Origin: Myxococcota bacterium
GTDB lineage: Bacteria; Myxococcota_A; SURF-8
Length of the DNA: 64,000 nucleotides
Assembly (NCBI GenBank): GCA_963674735.2
Contig: CAXXQS010000002.1
Span: forward strand, 1,408,001-1,472,000
Reading direction: 5' to 3'
Below, piece by piece: positions 59,829-64,000 of the stretch (position 1 is the first letter of the stretch; each line of letters starts with the position of its first letter). A program made the translations under genes and the position numbers. The notes beneath the pieces were generated by a model. It did not search any database and was not told the origin of the DNA. It saw nothing but the letters and a program-made list of their open reading frames with translations.

Positions 59829-61430
59829 ATGCTTAGGCGCTGGACCTTTTCATCCCTGCGCTTTCAAATCATTTTGGCGCTCGCCATTTTGGTCATCACG
59901 GCCGTGATGCTGATGGGCTTTCTGATTACGTTCACCTCCCGGCAGATCCTGATGGAAGAGAAGCGGCGTCTGGGGCAGGCCACCGCCGCGTTGATCCAGC
60001 ATGCGCTCAACTCGCCGACGCCGGCGGAGTCGGCAGCGGGAGAGGACGGAGTTCGCCGTTTGATCCAGCGGGTGGCTTCGCAGTTTCAGGATCGCAGCTA
60101 TTACCACTCCATCACGTTCTTCAATCACGCGAACCGGGTGATGTGGTCCACCTTGCCGAAGGCGCGTTGGCCCTACGCCCTGGTGTTCAGCGGCGGGATG
60201 CCGAATCCTTTGGGGGCGCTGATGATCAACGCCGATAAGGATCCGGCGACCGGAGAAAACGTGATGGTGGTGGCCTTTCCCTGGAAGGTCGCGGGCCGCA
60301 GTTTCGGGACGGTACAGCTGATCGAACCCATCATCAGCCATAGCGAAGAGTGGCTGTTCTCCGGCAAGCTGATCTTCGCTTTTGCGGGGGGATACGCCAT
60401 CATCGTGATTTTGTTCGGTTTGGCGTTGCTGACCCAGATGGTGGTGAGTCCGGTCAACCGCTTGAATCAGGCCGTGCGCCGATTGGCGCAGGGCGAGCGA
60501 ACGATCTGGCTGCCCGAGGAGGAACGCAACGAGCTGGGCGAGCTTTCGCGTAACGTGAACGAATTGGCGCGCCTTCTGGCCGAGAACGAAATGCGCATGA
60601 GCGACCAGATCGAGGAGTTGCTGGAAGTCAACGAAGAACTGGAACTCACGCGGCGCAGCCTGATTCGCTCGGAGAAAATGGCCTCGATCGGTCGGTTGGC
60701 ATCCGGCGTGGCGCATGAGGTGGGGAATCCGCTCTCGGCGATTATCGGCTACATCGATATTTTGCGGGCCGGGGGTGTGGATGAGGCGATGCAGACGGAT
60801 TTTCTGGATCGCATCAGTAAGGACATTACCCGTATCAATACCATTATTCGCGGTTTGCTCGATTACTCGCGCCAGACCCAGGAGAAAATCGAAACGGTGG
60901 ATTTGAATGTCCTCATCTCCGACACCTTCGACCTGGTCCGGCATCAGAAGCAATTCAAGGGGGTCGAGTTCGAGGTGGCTTCGCACCTGGTCCCGGCCTA
61001 TGCGGCAGTGGATTCCAGCCAGTTTCAACAGGTTCTGGTGAACCTCTTCATCAACGCCGCCCACGCCATGGATGGGGACGGCGCTATTTCCGTTTTCGTG
61101 GAACGGGTGGAGTTCGATCCGTCTTTTACCTATCGTCGCAGCGCCAACGCCTTCCGGCGCGGCCAATCGTTGGTGGCGATTGCCGTGATGGATACCGGCA
61201 TGGGGATGAACGAAGAGACGGCCGCGAATATTTTCGACCCGTTTTTCACGACGAAAGAACCGGGCAGCGGGACGGGCCTGGGACTGTCGGTCAGCGACAA
61301 GATCATCGATGGCTTCGGCGGCACCATCGAGGTGGACAGCCAACTGGGCGAGGGTACCACCTTTACCATTCTGCTCCCTGAAGCCTCCATCGACTCGCTT
61401 GGGGGAGAAGAGAATGTGCGTATTTCGTAA
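59829..61430 (+). CDS. HAMP-domain sensor histidine kinase
   Basis: 2 TM segments, HAMP (P..L..NELG.L), GVAHEVGNPL, DPFFTTK, GTGLGLS. Confidence 0.92.
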   Translation: MLRRWTFSSLRFQIILALAILVITAVMLMGFLITFTSRQILMEEKRRLGQATAALIQHALNSPTPAESAAGEDGVRRLIQRVASQFQDRSYYHSITFFNHANRVMWSTLPKARWPYALVFSGGMPNPLGALMINADKDPATGENVMVVAFPWKVAGRSFGTVQLIEPIISHSEEWLFSGKLIFAFAGGYAIIVILFGLALLTQMVVSPVNRLNQAVRRLAQGERTIWLPEEERNELGELSRNVNELARLLAENEMRMSDQIEELLEVNEELELTRRSLIRSEKMASIGRLASGVAHEVGNPLSAIIGYIDILRAGGVDEAMQTDFLDRISKDITRINTIIRGLLDYSRQTQEKIETVDLNVLISDTFDLVRHQKQFKGVEFEVASHLVPAYAAVDSSQFQQVLVNLFINAAHAMDGDGAISVFVERVEFDPSFTYRRSANAFRRGQSLVAIAVMDTGMGMNEETAANIFDPFFTTKEPGSGTGLGLSVSDKIIDGFGGTIEVDSQLGEGTTFTILLPEASIDSLGGEENVRIS

Positions 61431-61543
61431 ACGTGTGCCTCGGGCGACCTGAGGGATTCTGTTTCGGAAGAACTGGACAAACGAAAAGAATCCGAATAAT
61501 ATCGGCTCCATCCCGCGCCACGGGCCAAATCCGACTCAGACCG

Positions 61544-61571
61544 TTGACTTTTCGTCTGCCATTGGTAGGAT
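61544..61571 (+). promoter_or_regulatory. Putative sigma70 promoter (extended -10)
   Basis: TTGACT-N16-TAGGAT with TG upstream of the -10. Confidence 0.45.
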
Positions 61572-61600
61572 GGCGGTCCATTTTTATCGAGGCGTGTGGC

Positions 61601-62632
61601 ATGAAGATTCGGACCTTACTCACAATTTTGATTTCGGGCTTGTTTTTCACCCTGGCTCTCTGGAACTTCAATACGGACGAGTTTATGGGGGCGTTGCGTC
61701 AGCTCAACCCCCTGTACGTGGTTCCGGCCCTGGCCTGTTATCTGGCCAGTTTCTTTTTTCGTACTCTGCGTTGGCAGATCATGCTGCGTTCGGTGCAGCC
61801 GATCGCGGCCCCGCGCCTGTTTTCCTACCTGGTTATCGGCTATATGGCCAACAACCTGCTGCCCGCCCGATTGGGCGAGATCGTCCGTGGGTATGTGACC
61901 GGCAAACGCGAAGGCATGAGCCGTTCGTCCGCCTTTGCGTCGGTGGTGGTGGAACGGCTGTTCGACGGCCTGACCATCGTCGTCATCCTGGTGGTGCTCA
62001 TGTTCACCGCCGGTGTGGATCGCGCCTGGCTGCGCTACATGGCCTGGGTGTCGGCGCTACTCTTCATGGGCGGGTTGGGTTTTCTGTTTGCCTTGGCCTA
62101 TCAGAAACAGCGGGTTCTGGCGTTGGCGGAAACCGTTTTGCGAATTTTTCCGAAGAAACTCGCCGACAAAATCAATCACATCCTGCGCCGTTTCGTGGCC
62201 GGACTCAATCTGCTACGTTCCCCGCGTGACTTCATCGTCTCGTTGATGTCGAGTTTTCTCGTGTGGGGGTGCGAAGTGATGGTTTACGTGGTGTATCTCA
62301 AAGCCTTCAACATCGATGCGCCCTTTGTGGCGGCGTTGCTGGCCTTGGTGGTGGTCAACCTCTCGTCGCTGATTCCCTCTTCGCCCAGCTATATCGGGGT
62401 GTTCCAGTTCGCCTGCATCAAGAGCCTGGAAGTGTTCGGCATCGGTTCCAGCACGGCGCTGGCCTGGTCGGTGGCGATTCATTCCACCCAGGTCATTCCG
62501 ATCACGCTTTTAGGGCTGGTGTTCTTGAGCCGCATGGGTTTGTCGATGGGGGAAATCACCCATGCCGAGCTCGATGAAAACGGCAACGGAAACGGCGAGA
62601 GCGCGGATGCCGAAAGTCCGACGGCCACCTGA
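61601..62632 (+). CDS. Flippase-like lysylphosphatidylglycerol synthase TM domain protein (UPF0104)
   Basis: RTLRW, NNLLPARLGE, VVERLFD, IPSSP.xIG; multi-TM. Start at ATG 61601. Confidence 0.88.
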   Translation: MKIRTLLTILISGLFFTLALWNFNTDEFMGALRQLNPLYVVPALACYLASFFFRTLRWQIMLRSVQPIAAPRLFSYLVIGYMANNLLPARLGEIVRGYVTGKREGMSRSSAFASVVVERLFDGLTIVVILVVLMFTAGVDRAWLRYMAWVSALLFMGGLGFLFALAYQKQRVLALAETVLRIFPKKLADKINHILRRFVAGLNLLRSPRDFIVSLMSSFLVWGCEVMVYVVYLKAFNIDAPFVAALLALVVVNLSSLIPSSPSYIGVFQFACIKSLEVFGIGSSTALAWSVAIHSTQVIPITLLGLVFLSRMGLSMGEITHAELDENGNGNGESADAESPTAT

Positions 62633-62648
62633 TTCTCGGTTCACGTTC

Positions 62649-64000
62649 TCACTGCTTGATTTGGCATGTGCCCGTCGGCACGCAGGTGCCTTCCCAAAGC
62701 CCGTTCGATCCACAACATTCGAATCCGTCGCAGCAATGCGTTGAAACGACACACCAACCCGTGAAACAAGCCCCCGGGAAACAGTCGGGCGCGGTTTGCG
62801 CGTTGCAGTATTCGCCTTCCGGGCAGACCGGGCAATTCAAGACGCAGGTGCAGGACGTCGGATCACAGACGGTGCCGACCGGGCAGGTTCCGCAATCGCA
62901 TGCAGCGAGGCATTCCGGGCGGCAGCGGCCATCGAGACAGCAGCCGGTTTGGGCGGGGCAGTCTTCGTTGTATATGCAGCGTTCGGCGCAGCAGCCCTCG
63001 AACATGCCGGGGTAAGTGTCGCAATAATAATTGGCTTCGCAGTGATCATCGCTGCCGCAAAAAAGGCAATCGGTTTCCGGAACGCAACGCCCGTAATCGA
63101 CCGAGGCGGCATCGCTTTCGCAATAGGAGCCGTTCGGGCATTGTTCGCCTGGATTGAAGCAGAAACGTTCGCAGATGCCGTCCGAGGATCCCGGACGCTT
63201 ATCGCAGAAGCTGTCGAGTGCGCACTGGGAGTCGGTCGTGCAATAGCCTTCGATCATGTCACAGACGCCGAGTCGGCAGGCGTAACCGCGCGGACAGCTT
63301 CCTCCGGCCTGATCGCAGTAACGTCGGCAGCAGCCGGAGGAGTCGTATTCACTGAGATAAAAGCAATAGTCCGAATCACCTTCACAGTCGGAATTCAGAT
63401 TGCAGATGATGCAGCCGTCATCCGCTTCCGCATCTCCATCCGGGGCGGATTCCATCTCGCCATCTCCGTCCGGTTCGTTTTGGACGCAATCGCCCTCCAG
63501 GCAGAACGACCCGCTTGGACAGGCTTGGTAGAGAGACCAGACCTGATACGAGTTGCAGCGCTCGACGCGTTGCGTATCGGCGCAGCGGTAGGTGTCGGGG
63601 TCGCAGTTGTCGTGCCGACACTCCCCGTCTTCGCAGAACAGGCCGTGCTCGCAGACTTCCACGATCTCCCAGGATTCGTCTCCGATTCGCTGCCACACCG
63701 TCTGTTGGAAGCATTGTCGTTCCGGTTGTGGATCGCCGTCCGGGGTATCGCCGTCCGGGACATCGCCGTCGACCGACAGGCATATTTGCCGGATGACATC
63801 GCAGGCCAATCCGTCGGGGCAAGGTAAGTGCTCACTGCAAAGAAGGCGGCAAACGCCGTCGAGGCAGATCTCGCCGCCGCCGCATTCCGGGTCGCTTTGG
63901 CAGGTGGGGGAGGTGGCGTCGCCATCGATCAGGACGAGTTCGCCATCCGTGCAGCCGAATAACCCGATAAGCATGCAGAGCAACAGGGGTGCTAGGTAAC
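62649..64000 (-). CDS. Cys-rich lipoprotein with DGD linkers (5'-truncated)
   Basis: Frame is open to the window edge; hydrophobic stretch plus lipobox LFGC; many CxxxxxC modules; six DGD motifs. Confidence 0.8.
   Translation of the reverse strand, partial: YLAPLLLCMLIGLFGCTDGELVLIDGDATSPTCQSDPECGGGEICLDGVCRLLCSEHLPCPDGLACDVIRQICLSVDGDVPDGDTPDGDPQPERQCFQQTVWQRIGDESWEIVEVCEHGLFCEDGECRHDNCDPDTYRCADTQRVERCNSYQVWSLYQACPSGSFCLEGDCVQNEPDGDGEMESAPDGDAEADDGCIICNLNSDCEGDSDYCFYLSEYDSSGCCRRYCDQAGGSCPRGYACRLGVCDMIEGYCTTDSQCALDSFCDKRPGSSDGICERFCFNPGEQCPNGSYCESDAASVDYGRCVPETDCLFCGSDDHCEANYYCDTYPGMFEGCCAERCIYNEDCPAQTGCCLDGRCRPECLAACDCGTCPVGTVCDPTSCTCVLNCPVCPEGEYCNAQTAPDCFPGACFTGWCVVSTHCCDGFECCGSNGLWEGTCVPTGTCQIKQ

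Overview
A 64-kb chromosomal window from a GC-rich bacterium that looks like Myxococcota/deltaproteobacteria. This assignment is inferred from the Cys-rich surface proteins, a GCxC-TM-basic C-terminal sorting signal and the pilS-pilR-pilD cluster. The first 18.6 kb is the 3' part of one giant (>6200 aa) extracellular protein made of Ig/FN3-like repeats. It carries nested lectin-like inserts and ends in a non-catalytic FGE/C-type-lectin-fold tip. The remainder is mostly housekeeping and envelope genes: ctpA-like protease, TauE, MBL-LON-def-fmt-rsmB, panD, KamA-family radical SAM, LpoA-like lipoprotein, dinG, DUF2333, FTCD pair, ileS, thiC, queD, pilS/pilR/pilD and histidine kinases. Best candidate for a new system: a sigma70 promoter, then a pan-RNA-like leader of two hairpins with bulged A residues, then panD, then a KamA-family aminomutase whose lysine-binding Asp is replaced by His. 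This suggests a second, radical route to beta-alanine (hypothesis). Other points: IleRS with a non-canonical GVHH signature (mupirocin hyper-resistance type), a 1-nt frameshift in fmt, a probable pseudo-phosphatase, and DGD-linker Cys-rich proteins with a 78-bp tandem array. No rRNA, tRNA, CRISPR, transposase or reverse transcriptase was recognised. All calls are by eye from motifs; no searches were run.
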